Positions 13,442 to 26,584 of a stretch of DNA of 64,000 nt are shown here, in pieces. The translations under genes were made by a program, and so were the position numbers. Every line of letters starts with the position of its first letter. The first letter of the stretch is position 1. A model generated the notes under the pieces. It was not told where the DNA came from. It made no database searches and was given only the letters and a program-made list of their open reading frames with translations. The DNA is from Yuukianura sp. NJ FZ-2021 (taxonomy: Eukaryota), in assembly GCA_046563655.1 (NCBI GenBank), contig CM102290.1, positions 7,936,001 to 8,000,000 on the forward strand, in the 5' to 3' direction.

Positions 13442-15407
13442 ACAGAAGAGGAAAAGAAAACGAAAACTAGTTTCTGCAGAAATATCATAGTCTTTCTCTT
13501 ATTTTCTAAACAATTTATCTCCGTTGTTCTTTCGTCGACTTCGGTGTATTGCTCCTCCAGCAAAAGACTCAAGAAACCGGTACAAAACTACCCCCTTCCT
13601 TCACAAAGCAATCTATTTTCTAAAAACAAAAAGAAAAAAAAGTCATACTTTTTACCCGTCAAATTCTCAACGTTTCTTTTGAATTTTCAATTGTTCAAGT
13701 CAAAGCTATTACGTTGAGGAGCTAATTTTTCCAGAAGTCGTCGATCCCCCCTGCCCCTTCTCTTATTTGTCTTGAAACTCTTCCCTGTTCAACATTTTTC
13801 AATCTTTAGTTGATTGAGTAGATCGTCTTTGTAGTTGTTATTCGTGGTGGCCATTGACCTTCAGGGTCTTTAGAACACACTGTATAGATGACAATCATTT
13901 AGAAGAAGAAAAGATGTAAAATTCATTTTAATTCTTCCCAAAACATTTGAATTCCCTGAAGAGTTGAGGTAATATATCGAAAGAGCTTTGTTTTTAATCT
14001 TTTAATCTTCAATTGTAATTTTGACTGAGGAAGTGGTTTATGGGTAGATACGAGTGTGAGTGAGTCGTAAGATCATTTTGGCGTCGGCGCATGTGCAACT
14101 CAATGATCATATGGAGTCTGAGTAGAGGAAATTTGAAACTTGTGTCATTGTCTTACAATTGTTAGTTAAGAACAGTGGGCGTCTAAATACTAAGTGTTTA
14201 AGATACTTACATGGATTATTGCGATCTAAAACTAACTAAATGGCAAGTTAATGACAATTTAGCCCAGTGTTGTAAACCGTGGGAACGCCATTTTCCGAGT
14301 TAAAGAGTGTCAACAATTTGAAAGCTTGAGATGTGTGAAGAGGATAAGCGCGCAAAGATGAGCGAGGCACGGCGTGATGATGCTTTACTAAAATTGACTT
14401 TAAAAAAAATTTATTAGGCAAAATTTAGAATATTTTGATTAAAACATGGTCGTCAAAATTTCCTTTTCTTTTCTGCTTGCTTTTCCTCTGTCAAAATATT
14501 TGTCTCCAAGGAATGTACTTGGAGCATCCATCATTTTAGTAATTTAAAATTTAGTTTATCATCCTGCTTGGTTCAACTTATTAATGTAATATAACTTTTG
14601 TTTAGCGTTTTAGAAGCCTTGGCCTCTACTAGGAAATTTATTGCAACCACTAATGTTTCTGTTTCTTTCATCTTTTTTTTTCTTTTCTGTTTTGGTCGCT
14701 AATTCCTAGGCATAGTTTACGCGTGTAAATTACGTTAAAAATTGAGGAAGTACCCAGAAGACTGAATTTCAATTAAGTTAAACTCATATATTATACAAAA
14801 AAAAACTGAATGATATAAGAATGGAAGGAACAAAGAAAAAAACAAAAAAAAATCGATAGTTTTTTTTCGTGGATTTAAGAAAAACACAAATTAACTAAAG
14901 TCTTAAAACCTATTTACACTACTACTAATTATAGTTATTCCTACAATTAATTATTTAACTTACTATGTACGTAAAATGCGAGGGTTTTAGATGACAAAAC
15001 AGCAACAACATGCGAAAAACAGAAGAAAAACTATTTAACTTTGAAAATGGTGTTTTAAATTATAAAAATTAACGCAAAAAGAAAACTTTTTTGCAAGACT
15101 GAGAAGAAATGAAGTTTAAAAAAAAGGTTGCTAAATGTTTTCGTAACTACTATAAAAAATCGCTACAAACAAAATCAAAATTTTATTTTTTAGCTCTCAC
15201 AAAAATTTCAAAGAGACACTTTTTTTTTGTTTTCGATCGTGAAATTTTGTAGTTGTGGAGGTAGGGCTTACTGAAAAATTTTTTTAACGTAAAACAGCCA
15301 GCCAGTAGCGGTTCAACCCCGCAAAAAAATGAGTTGCTGATTGACGCCATTTTTTCACACACACACAAAACTCACTCGGAATTTATCCTTTTCGGTTAAT
15401 CCGTAAC

Positions 15408-15482
15408 TAATTATTATTGTTATATCATTAATAGTAGTAATTTTATTATTACTATTATTAGTATCATTATTATTATTATAAT
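15408..15482. repeat. Degenerate (ATT/AGT)n microsatellite between the convergent Met and Ubc12 3' ends
   Basis: ttattattgttatatcattaatagtagtaattttattattactattattagtatcattattattattata. Confidence 0.6.
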
Positions 15483-16180
15483 TAAAAGTTTTACAAAGTA
15501 GAAAGTTAGAAATTACCGAAATCAATGTCAGCTTTACTAAAGAAGCTGTACTACCATTTTGTTTCAACATACAGATTTACAATCACAACTAACAAAATGT
15601 ATGTTTTAAGCTCCTACATATTAGAAGTAGTGCCGATATCCCAGTTGATTTAGGTTTTGACACGCTAACTAAATTAGATTGTGAAATTTAAAGAAGTATA
15701 AGAGGGACAGGAATTTACGAAAGTTTTGTAAAGAAAAACTCAAGTTCCTGTCACTTTTTGCATCTTGCCCAAGGCGTTCTAACAAGTTCATGCCATACGT
15801 TTACGTGTCAAAATTACTTTAAAATGATCATATTTATTACGAGTAAGTGTGTTAGTTACAATTGACGCCTTCGTTATATCATCTGTAGTCTTTAAAAACC
15901 ATTACGTTTAGATGTTGCAAGAAATGTAAATAAAATGGAACTGCAGAGACTTCCGAGTGCGGAACTTAAAAAAAGAGAATGTACGTTTACGTTTAATTTT
16001 TTTTCATTCTTAAATTTAGATTCGATTCGTTCGTTTAAAATTGGCAAAACAAATTAAGCATTAACTAAGAGTGGGGACATTGACATTAGTTTTTGTTTTG
16101 TTTTGCCGACTTGTGATCTCCCAGTTAGTAGTTTCGTTTCGCGTAAGGTAAATGAGTTAAACACAATAATGATCCCAAGT

Positions 16181-16982
16181 TTACTTTAAACATCGTTCAA
16201 AGTAAACGGAGCCTACGTAACCGCCTCGCATGGCCTTGTTTACATTGGACTCAAAGAGACGGCGATTCGATTGCAGAACGTCAGCAGCTTCTTTGTTGAG
16301 AGGGTCTTCAGGATTAGGCTCCTATAATTATTAAAACGAAATTAAGAAATGGCAACAAAAGAAAAAAAAAACAAGTTAGCAGTTAAAGTCAACTTAAAGT
16401 TGTGGATCTAATCGAATCAAGTTTATAGAAATGGTAAAGCTGCAGGACCAACGATGACTTACAAGAAAGAGAAACTGGAGTCCGTAAATGATAGAACTGA
16501 TTGTAAGGACTGGCTTCCAGTCTTCGCGGAGGATGTTGAGACAGACGTTCCCTTCAAGGTCGATGTTAGGATGATAGACTTGGGTTTCACATTTGACTTT
16601 TGGTGGTTCGTGTGGATAATTCCCGCCAACACGGAAATTAAAAGTAAATCGACCTCCTTTGTAGAATCCTTCGTCTGGAGTAATAGACAACTTGAAATTC
16701 AGAATATCATCTGGATCCGGAAAGTCAGTTGAACATGTCTTGGGCAAGTTCAGTTCATTTAGATCTATTGAACAGAAATGGGATCATTCTTTGCCTAAAC
16801 AACTAAAACTAACAATAATAGTTAAAAGCCGATGACGAATAATACTCTGAGTATTATTTGTTCTAACCCTTCATAACTCTGAGCTGAGCTGGAGATGATC
16901 TCTTTTGCGTCGATGTGGATGATGTCGGAGCCGAGGACTCCCCATCCTTCTTCTGCTGCTTCAAAGAAAATAGCTTCAGCAT
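16181..16982 (-). CDS. UBE2M: NEDD8-conjugating enzyme Ubc12/UBE2M. Exons 16982-16868, 16764-16463, 16321-16181
   Basis: N-terminal [12 protein letters not shown] docking peptide; [23 protein letters not shown] catalytic motif; C-terminus [13 protein letters not shown]...[16 protein letters not shown]. Confidence 0.96.
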
Positions 16983-18271
16983 TGTTTTGATTGACTTCTA
17001 CTGCGTTGCAAACGGACCCGAGATGTACAATACCACTCCGGTGCTCCCAGCAAGCCTGGAAAGCATAGGAAATAAACCCATGATTCGGGGCTATTTTAGT
17101 TACATATCTTTGTCACCATTCTTTTCAAAACTTACATGTGGCGTAAAAAACTGGAATTTACACTCCGCGACGGTCAACGAGGCGTATTGCAGTCACTGAA
17201 ACATTGAACTGGCAGTTCAGGAAAAGATAGACGCAGTGCTGCTACTCCTGTAAGAAACAAAATCAAAAGTCAGATTAGGTTGCAAGCACTACACCGACAT
17301 GACAGGATGTACATTATTTACAGGGGGCCAGTATGTCTAAAATCCTGACACCCAATGATTTAAAGTACATAAACTTAATACAGAATGCAAGTTGGAACTT
17401 GCAAGATGCAATTTGTAACGAAAATGACGCTATGCTATTGTCGCTATCTCCGCGGACTCTTAGCTTAATTAATATGTTCTATTTGCACTGAAACCTAGGC
17501 ATCTCAGCTGTTAAAATTGCTGTGACGACTTAAACGATATTTATGTGTACGAGTATGAATCATGTATGTATGTATGTAATCACCTTCCCTTCTTCGCTTA
17601 TTCCAAATTCAGGGATATCCCCTCAGTCAATTAAACTTGCAGAAGTAATTCGCAAACGAATCCTTCGTTTATTCTCAGGTGAAATCGATTACTATTTTGA
17701 TGTTGACGTTATTTTATGACTAAATTAAATTACTGCTGACTTTGTTTGTATGAATGAATTTTTTTTTTGAGAAACTGCTCACTAATGTCCTTCTCAGGTG
17801 CGCTACGTTGATGGTGCGCTATTTCGAATCATCCAAATTGCCATAACTGAATAATCAAGACAATTAGCAAGTAAAACTTCAATTAACAGAGTAAAAAGCA
17901 ATATACTACTTAATTCTTCAAGTTCATAACTAGGCACAAGTGGAGTGGTACTGTACCACTGGTAGACGTAAGGAATAAAAATTGTCTTGGAGCGGAGCAG
18001 CATTTTAGACATGAGTGTTTTCGGGGGAACGAACTCTTTACGTGTTATACTTCATACTTGTTCATGTTCTAAGATAACTACCACTAATGACGAATCATGA
18101 CGACTCTTAATCCTTTCTTTTCATTTGTTCATTCAAAAACAAATTGGACAAAAATACAAATTAAAAATTAACAGTAATTTACCAATGCAATGAAGGTTAC
18201 TACCTAGTGTACCTAGGTTTTTTTTATTCAAGTAGTAATTTTAATAAACTTCTTGCAAAGACGATATAAAT

Positions 18272-18827
18272 AAGTATCGTCAGATCAATTATAGAGAGTT
18301 GTATAGAGCAGGATATTGTCGACCTTGACCTCTGATATTGTTAGAGGTCACTTGAGGTCAAACAGCATTCGGAATCTTAGTCCTCGTGTCTTTTAACATC
18401 CATCCCCCGAAACCACTTCGAAGACGGTCCATCCGTTTCCGAATTTTAGAGAAAACGATGAACTTGAGCCATGACCCTGTTAGAGGTCACTCGAGGTCAT
18501 CAAAATCGGTTCCCCGCAAATCGCTTCCGAATCGGTCCATCCGTTTCCGAATTGTAAGGAAAACGATGACCTGCCTTGACCCTGCTAGGGGTCACTTGAG
18601 CTCATCAAAAGCACATCAACACAAACCACTTCCGAGTCTATCCGTTTCCGTATTGTAAATGGACCTTGACCTTTGGTGAATCTAAAAACTGATTTTTAGT
18701 CATATAGTCAGTAGTTACTAATTAAAGAAAACTGCTTAAAAATCAGTGTAGTGGTTATCAACTTATAAGCGTTACAGACGGACGGACGGACGGACAAGAC
18801 GATCCCTATAAGTATCTGACGCTACTT
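18272..18827. mobile_element. Non-autonomous Helentron/HINE (DINE-1-like) element
   Basis: Terminal inverted segments aagtatcgtcagatcaattatag / ctataagtatctgacgctactt. Internal ~110-bp tandem units (gaccttgacc...gaggtcacttgaggtca...cggtccatccgtttccga). A (GACG)n microsatellite at ~18777-18795, as in DINE-1-type elements. Family call is by architecture only. Confidence 0.6.
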
Positions 18828-18837
18828 AATAAATTTT

Positions 18838-18936
18838 AAACTGCACACAAACTGCGCATATGCGCACAAACTGCACATATGCAAACAAACTGCGCATAAT
18901 CTGCGCACAAACTGCACATATAGCGCAGTTTGTGCG
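18838..18936. repeat. Short tandem array of aaactgc(a/g)ca(c/t)a units ending in an inverted copy (gcgcagtttgtgcg)
   Basis: Directly visible in the sequence. Confidence 0.7.
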
Positions 18937-19727
18937 TAACTAAACTAAACTAAATGCATAACTAAACTACTGTCTTGTGCCGTAAAGCGACAGTTGAGAG
19001 GCGACGTCGAAGAACGAGAAAAAACGGGGTTTTTGTTAGGGCACAAGATCGTACTATAAAATTTATAGTAATGAATAAAATTTTACAAATTTGATTAAAA
19101 ATATAATCAAAATATCATTTTTCAGAACTATTTTGCTAAATATTAGAGCTCCTTAATCAAAAAGCGTTTAATTTGGTATGTACATATACATCAAAGGTAT
19201 AAGTTTAAGTTTCTTACTACGTTTCACCGAGGAATGTTTCGTTTGAATTTCAAATACACTGGCGGCGAAATCCCTGTTTTAAACTGCAACACTGTCGAAC
19301 TCGAAATAAATAAATTCTGCAGTAATGTGCCCAACTGTGGTGACAATGAGTTCCAATTATAAAAGGCCATGTGATATGCGTAGCTTTTTGTGATACCTTT
19401 CGGCAAAAACATTGTTGAAGATTTGAATTCAATTAAACTATATAAATCAAACGTTATTATTACGTAAGGAGTTACTATTCTGAGAATACAAATAACGTGA
19501 TTTTAAGGTTATTTTATTTTCTAAAGCGACGGGTATAATTCGCTCGCTGAGAAGGGGACTTAAATTGCAGATCGATGGGTAGCACCTCTATTTCCCTGTG
19601 ACGAAGTTACGAAGTCAGTACAGGTACCTTCTGGTACATATTACATTTAAAAATTCAGTTTTTAGATTAGTCGCATCTTTTGTTGTTACAGGTTACATAC
19701 ATATAAGCTTACGCAAGTGCAACCGGA

Positions 19728-20571
19728 ATGTTTCGGGGAATCGCTACAGGAACTGGACTCATACGCTCTGTATGTCAACGGCACGAAGCGTTGTCACTAG
19801 ACACAGTGCGTCGAATTACCACAACTGGTGCACCGCAGAAAAGACTGGACATTAAAGAGCCAGAGGGATGGCCGATTTACAACGAGCAAGTGCATCTTCC
19901 TACCGCACCGGGTGAAACTCCGCGTCCTGCGGTATGTTAGATACTCTAAACAAATCAACTTACTCTAACTTAGAGTCTGTTGATTTGTTTTCAATCGCTA
20001 CAATGCTGGTTGTTTGTGATATCAAAGCTGAATTTACTTTCTTCTTTTCAGTATATTTGTCATATGAAAACGAATTTAAAGTACAGTCCATTGAAGCTGT
20101 GGTACATCGCTTGCCTAGTGAGAGGAATGCAAATTGATGATGCTATTCGGCAACTTGACTACATCAAGAAGAAGGGAGCCAAATTCGTAAAGGAGACGCT
20201 AATTGAAGCTCAAGAACTAGCTGTTCAAAAGCACAATGTAGAATTCCGTACAAATCTGTGGGTTGGTAAGGCTGTGTACTCGAAAATTATTAGTTTTAAT
20301 AGCAAGGCAGTCTTCATTCAGTTCTTGCCGATTTACTATTTTGTTTCTAGCTGAGTCGTTTACTGGGAAAGGATTAACAATCAAAGGGATTCGGCGACAT
20401 GCTCGTGCCAGAGTTGGGTTGATTTCTTACCGTTACTCTCACTACTTTGTTAGACTCGAAGAAGGAACTCCGCCTGAACATTACTACCAGCAGAAAATTC
20501 CTGACGGACCGACATTACTCCAAGAATGGATAAAGGAGAGGCGAGACATGAGAATTGACGCAACTTTGTAA
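19728..20571 (+). CDS. mRpL22: Mitochondrial ribosomal protein L22. Exons 19728-19931, 20052-20265, 20351-20571
   Basis: RPAYICHMKTNLKYSPLKLWYIACLVRGMQIDDAIRQL...HNVEFRTNLWVAESF...GIRRHARAR...YSHYFVRLEEG; Arg-rich presequence-like N-terminus; phases compatible. Confidence 0.93.
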
Positions 20572-22045
20572 ATATACCATGATTGTTTTTTATTTAACAT
20601 GTTCAATAATATAGCTCAAAAGTAATTTGCAATATTTCTTAGACATCTAAAATGCTTTTCTTTACAGATAATTCACAGATCGCCCAATCACAGCGGCATT
20701 TAGCATTTACTCCCACTCACCCTGCAAACACAACATCTCACACTAACAAACCGCATTATATTTTTCATCCATTACATAATAATCCTTAAATTAATCGGCA
20801 GGCTAGGTATTTTTTGTACTTAAATTGTAAGTGACGTTTTGAAGCTGGTCGTCAAAATAATTAACTAATTCTTGGGAACCCTTAGGAAAGGGGATTAGAG
20901 TAGGTTATACATTTAGTGTTTGTTCACCATTGTCTTCCTACTTTAATCTTTTGAGGGACTTACATTGCGGAATTGCCGTCAGGGTCACCACTTTTGACTT
21001 TTGTAAACTTTAGTTCACTTTAGTGGGCTTTACTTAGGACCGATGAGTCAGGCCGTCAGAGTCACAATAGTGTTGCAGCCAGTTAAACAATAACAAGATT
21101 AACTTGCTTTCATCATTTCTGTGTCTGTTGTTGATGGAAGGCCATGCGAGGCTTTTTCCTTTGAATTAGAGCTTTACTACGAAGAAAAGTAACGGTTTTG
21201 TCTCATCATAATCCATATTTGCTGGTTCCGTTCAGATAAATTGGATTTGCCTTGGACACTACTCTCAAAAAGCTATCATCCAAAAAAATTAAAGGCAAAA
21301 TAATGTTGAGAGATGACGGAAAAGCCAAAGTCAAGTGCTGTGATCCGGTTCAGCTAAACAGCCCTAACTTTGGCTTTTCATCTTCAAATGGACATGACGC
21401 CTTTGCCTTATTTTTGACTTTCATTTACGTTTTTACAAATTCCATTAACACTTCTTGGTAAAATCTACGTCCAAATTCTAACATGGAAAAGAGAAATCAT
21501 TTTTTGCTTTGGAAAATATTATACTGCAAATTCAGATTTTAAACTTTGGAAAATTTCGACGTAGCTGTTCGACTTTGGATTTTTGAAAATATGGTAAGCC
21601 TTTTCGCTCGTTCAAATCAATTTTGTTTAAATAGAAAGGAAGCGTCTTCTGGAAGGATTCTTTACTATACCCATGTTATAATAGTTACTCCCTCCAAAAG
21701 TGTAGATGAAAACGCTTTCTTTCCGTTGTTGTCCAAAATCCCTTTAAGTCTCCCAAATCTTAAAGATAGTGAAAACGCTTAAAAAGTTTTCAATTAAAAT
21801 TTTTAAATTGGGAGTATGTTTACCGATAGCATGCAAACATTGCTTCTTTTCAAAAGATGTGATTTAAAAGGAGTTTACGCGCGCAAATTCAATATCATTT
21901 CGATTCCTTAAATTAACAACAAGAGTAATAAGAAAAGTGCTGGATGGAAAGCGTTTTGAACGATATTTTAACTTGATTTGAACAACTTTTGTTATGAAAG
22001 CTTTCTTTCTTCGGCTGCAAGGTAGTATTTTGCAAGAAAAATTGT

Positions 22046-22984
22046 TCAACTTGTTGAAAATTTAAATGTTTGGACCGCTAGAAGTGTAACGACGAAAGAG
22101 TTTAAGATGGAAGTCAGTTTGGACTTGGTGTCAAAGGTCATGGGTGACGAAGATCCGTTGCAGAGATTAGAGAGACATTCACAACGATGTTCAAATCCAT
22201 AAACAGTTTCCACTTGGTAGCATTTGTCTCCGGAAATTTCCTTCCCCTCTTCTTTTTTCAAACAATTTCGAAAAAAATATCGAACTTCTGAAATAACAAA
22301 GAAAAGACAGAAAACGTGAATGACGTCAGTAGAAAGTGACATTTTATCTTAAGGAGTTGCGGCCAAAAATTTTTTTTTCAATAAAAACGATAAGTAGATT
22401 TTTATCGTTTGAAAATTCTTGATTTTGAAAAGTTTTACGTCAATTCTGAAGGATTAAAAAAGTCTAACCGCTTTGCCTACCGATTTAAGCTTTGCAATTT
22501 GCACGTAACCGTTTGTGTATAACTTTCACTTTTGATAATGTCGATCAAAATAGCAATTGCCTAACCTAAAATTCTCTAAAATTTTGAACGAGTTTTTCGA
22601 TTGACTTTCCTTACCATCTTTTTTAGAAACTCGAAAAGACACAGTTTGACACCCATGTTCACAGGGAACAACAGGAACTTCGTCCCGTTCAAAGTTTCCG
22701 GTTGAGCAAATGTCAAACTCCGAAGCATTTCCAGGACCCATGACACTCCAGGAACAGAGATAGCACTGGAGTCGCTCTTGACGCTCAACAACAGTCGTAT
22801 CTTGCAGACGAATGGACTTTCCTTGCTGGTCAGTTGCCACTTGACGTCGAAATCTTCCAAAGTTGACCTCCTTGACCTCAGTTCCCACGGAGTCTTGGGG
22901 GTCAAAAGGAGTCAATCCAAGAACAATCCAGGAGCAGTTGAGAAGTAGGAGTAAATTGGGACAGAACAAGTGCTTGAGCAGCAT
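22046..22984 (-). CDS. GPI-anchored Ly6/uPAR three-finger protein (quiver/sleepless-like family). Exons 22984-22615, 22287-22046
   Basis: Signal peptide; 10-Cys domain LQCYLC...C...CEHGC...RNC...KC...CECLSNLCN; hydrophobic GPI-type tail; phase-1 GT-AG intron. Confidence 0.8.
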
Positions 22985-25900
22985 TTTTCTGGTTTTGATC
23001 AACAAGTATTTTGAAAGAAACAGTGTGATAATACAGTGTGAAACAGGGAAATGGAAGCTGTTTAAGTTAAGAGGGAAATTAGGTTAACGGGTTCTTAGGA
23101 ATGAGGATGGACACACCGAATAGGGAGCCTATTCCTTGCCAACTAAACTCCGAGTCACTAGGGCTAGTGCAAAAGTGTTCTATCGATCCACCGCCAACAT
23201 GTCGTGGACTTGCAAAATTCTTGCAGAAGAACTTTGCAGATCTTCTTGATGTTTGGTTGTAGGAAGCCAGAGATGGTTACTCACAAAAATACAATAGTAG
23301 TGGAAGAGCGTCGTCTATAACCCCACTACAAACTTTTGGCATTCCCTGTTGTGCTGCATATAACTAACTAGTATTCCTTCAGTGTATAGTTTTCCATCTT
23401 AATGGAACTTAATCTGTCATGCACCATAACGCTTCAACGTTAGTCGTTACAATTAATTCCAGTCTTCTTAAGTGCAAAAAAAAAATCCAATTGCGCAAAA
23501 ATGAGTTAGTTATTGGCAAGGCCAAAAATTCTTGCAATGTCAAAAAAATTTCTTCAACAAAAGTTTAGGTTGTGTTAAATTCCGACAGTTGATTTTTTTC
23601 CCAAACTTTCTCCAAAAACCCCCTCCAGTTTGAAACCTCTAAAAAAGTTACACAAAAGTACAACTGCAGTTTTTCGTTTTTGAAAAAAACTAGGTGTTAA
23701 ATGGAGGTCGTCAAAATTTGCAATGTCACTTATTCGCACCTTCTTGACTTTATTGGTGCTTTAGCACTTGTTCAATTGAATTTCATTTATCGTAAAAGAA
23801 CTTGACTATGACCATCTTCCTTAGCCGTCGTGACTTCTCTGCACTAAAAATCATGACCTCATTAATGGTCAATGGCGCAAGCGTCTGAAAGTTCATATTT
23901 AGAAAAGAGAAGTTACTTCTGGCGCTTGGAATTTTAATATGGCAATAGCTTCCATTTAAAGCATTGTGTAAAACCAAATACGAAATATGCATAGTCAGAG
24001 TCAGGATTTGTTTGGAAATAACAATATCATATCACATCAGGAACTTTTGCCAAATGAATGACTGAAGTCATGTCCAAAAGGAACGATTAACTGTAAACAT
24101 TGCCAATTTTATAACTTTCGTTTTGTAATATGTTTATATTGTATCTTTAATTTTATAATTTTATATTTTTTATACATTAAGTCTATGACTTTTTTTCAGA
24201 ATTAGTTTTGTAATGAAAATGACTCAACAATGGTAAAAGGATGAGACAGATGGAAAAATAGATTTGAACTTGTGTTTACTAAAACTTGAAAGTCAAAGGT
24301 TGCACAAATCCAAAAAGTAAAAAAAAAATTGCCGTTTGTCGCTTCCTGGAAGACACAAAGAGAAAAAGGCTTTCTCGTTTGTTGAAATAGACTTTAAAAA
24401 TAATTCCAAAATTCAATTAAGGGAAACTCGGCACAATGCGAAACAAAAATCCGCTTCACTTATCTAACCGTATGGTGTATTGTAAAAAAAAGTTATAATA
24501 TTGATTCGGTTAGTCTTGCTTGCGTTCATGCCATGCATATTTTGATGTAACTTTTTGTCATGTTCTGACAAATAGTGTGACAGGAAGAAAATCATTCTTT
24601 TTTTTTAGAAGAAAAAAAGAGAATGCTTTCTCCTGAAAAGTAAATTTTCAATCATGAAAGAGGATCAAACAATAATTAACAATTTGAACCCCTTCATTTT
24701 TTTTGAAGTTTTACTTGAAACAACTTTTCAAACAGCGAGAAAACATGATAGATGATTTCAGAGTTCAAAGGATGTCAGCTTTCTAGCTGCGTCCCTTTGG
24801 GGTTTAGGTGCATTCAAAAAACAAACTTTAAAAAAAAAACTTTCTCCTAAATTTGAGAATGTAAATATTTGAGTAATTCGACTGAAACTGAAACAACTTT
24901 TCAATATTTGCTGTATTTACCTTGTGTATAAGCTTGTTTACCAGAAAAATTTTCTTGGTTTTTTCTGCTAGACATAAAATTAAAATTAACTTTAAAACTA
25001 TATACTAAGACATGGAGGATGCAATGTTTTTCCTTGATAGTGCCAAACGGGGTTTAAAATTTGGCATAAATTTTTTTTATTCTTTTTGTCGGTTCTTGAT
25101 AAAAAGAAAGTTTGCACAAAAAATTGTTTTCCGAATTTGTTTTTCCAGGTTTATGTTCAGGTGTTTACCGATTGCGGTTTGCTATTCGTAAAATTGAATT
25201 CTTTTTTGTTTCGTTTAAACATCAAAAGTCGTAAGTAATGTTTGCGTCAATCTGAGAAATGAATTGCGGCAGATTGAAACCCATTAAGCCATGCTCATTG
25301 TCCGTTGTCTGTCACCATTAAATCGGATCGTCTTCAACAATCGGTTTGTGTACACATCTTTTCCCTTTGTCCTAAATAAATTCCGCAGGGAAATCAGACA
25401 GCAGCAGAAAGATTTTCAACGACACCGAACGTGTGTACTTTAGAACAAAGTTTGTTTACAACAAGCCCATGCTGGCGGTGGTGGGTGGGCGACAATGTTA
25501 GTGTCTGGCTTTCTATTACCTTAAGTAAAGTAGGTGAAAACTTACCTTCATCCATATTGCCGTGATCTTCCAGGAGATCCTGTTGCTTCTGATGAAACTC
25601 AAATCCATTCCGGATCCATTACCCTCCTCATCCCATTGTCAATTACAACATACGGAATTGTCTTACCACCAGCCTTAAAAATTACTTTGCTCAGGAACTC
25701 AAACAAGGCGTCAGAGGCGATAGCACGAGGAAAGTCCCGTAACGATTTCCGCCGAGTCGCTACTGTGACCCTGGGCACGGTTTATGACCGCTGACTTCAG
25801 AAATGGCACACCAAGATCTTCAAAGTACACTTAAAAAAATTTCAGAGCAACCATAACCTTACCCTCTAATATTTTGGTCTCATTGTCGCTAAGGCGTCTC

Positions 25901-26584
25901 CAGGTTTTACTTCCATTTCGGATTTTTTTTTGCATTTGAGTACAATTTTTAAATAAATCAGAATTTATTTAATCATGGAGTTTTTGTGAATATAACATTT
26001 ATTTGTAATTGTAATGATTTGCTGCAATGAGTAATAGCTAACTACGCTAAAAGGAAATGCTGTCTATAAATTTTGGTCTACGAGTGGTATGGAAGGGGAA
26101 GGGGGTTGAAATGACTCAATTTGTGATTCATTGGAATCGAAAATCAGAAACTTTGATTCCATTATGCAGACTATGTTTGGTTCTTCGAGTCGGCTAAAGC
26201 CATTAAAGTTGCAAATTTTCTAGTTTTAGACTATGCCGCGGTCAATGTTAAAAGATTACGATGAAGTTCCAGAAAGAAGGTAACAGCAACGCATAGTTAG
26301 TGTTAATGAATTTAAAATTTTCTAACATTTCATGGTACTATATTTAATACTCTACGTTTAGAACTAAGTATATACTCTATGGTAAATTTTTTTTCTTTTA
26401 TGAAATCTAACAAGTTTAGTAATTTAGGTTTATTTTGGTAATGTTTAATCCAGCTGAATTTTGGTTTTTTAGTTTCGGGTCATTTCAATTTCTTTGGTTG
26501 TTAGATTTTCTTACCACAATTGTTTTTTGAAGGGGGTGAAAGTGTTTGCGTGTTTGGGGGTGAAATGTTGAAATGTTGGAGTTT

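Noticed and set aside
18386..18658. 90-aa repetitive ORF
   Set aside because: It is simply the translation of the internal tandem repeats of the Helentron-like element.
18300..18940. Repeat array as a CRISPR locus
   Set aside because: Eukaryotic context, no unique spacers and no cas genes.
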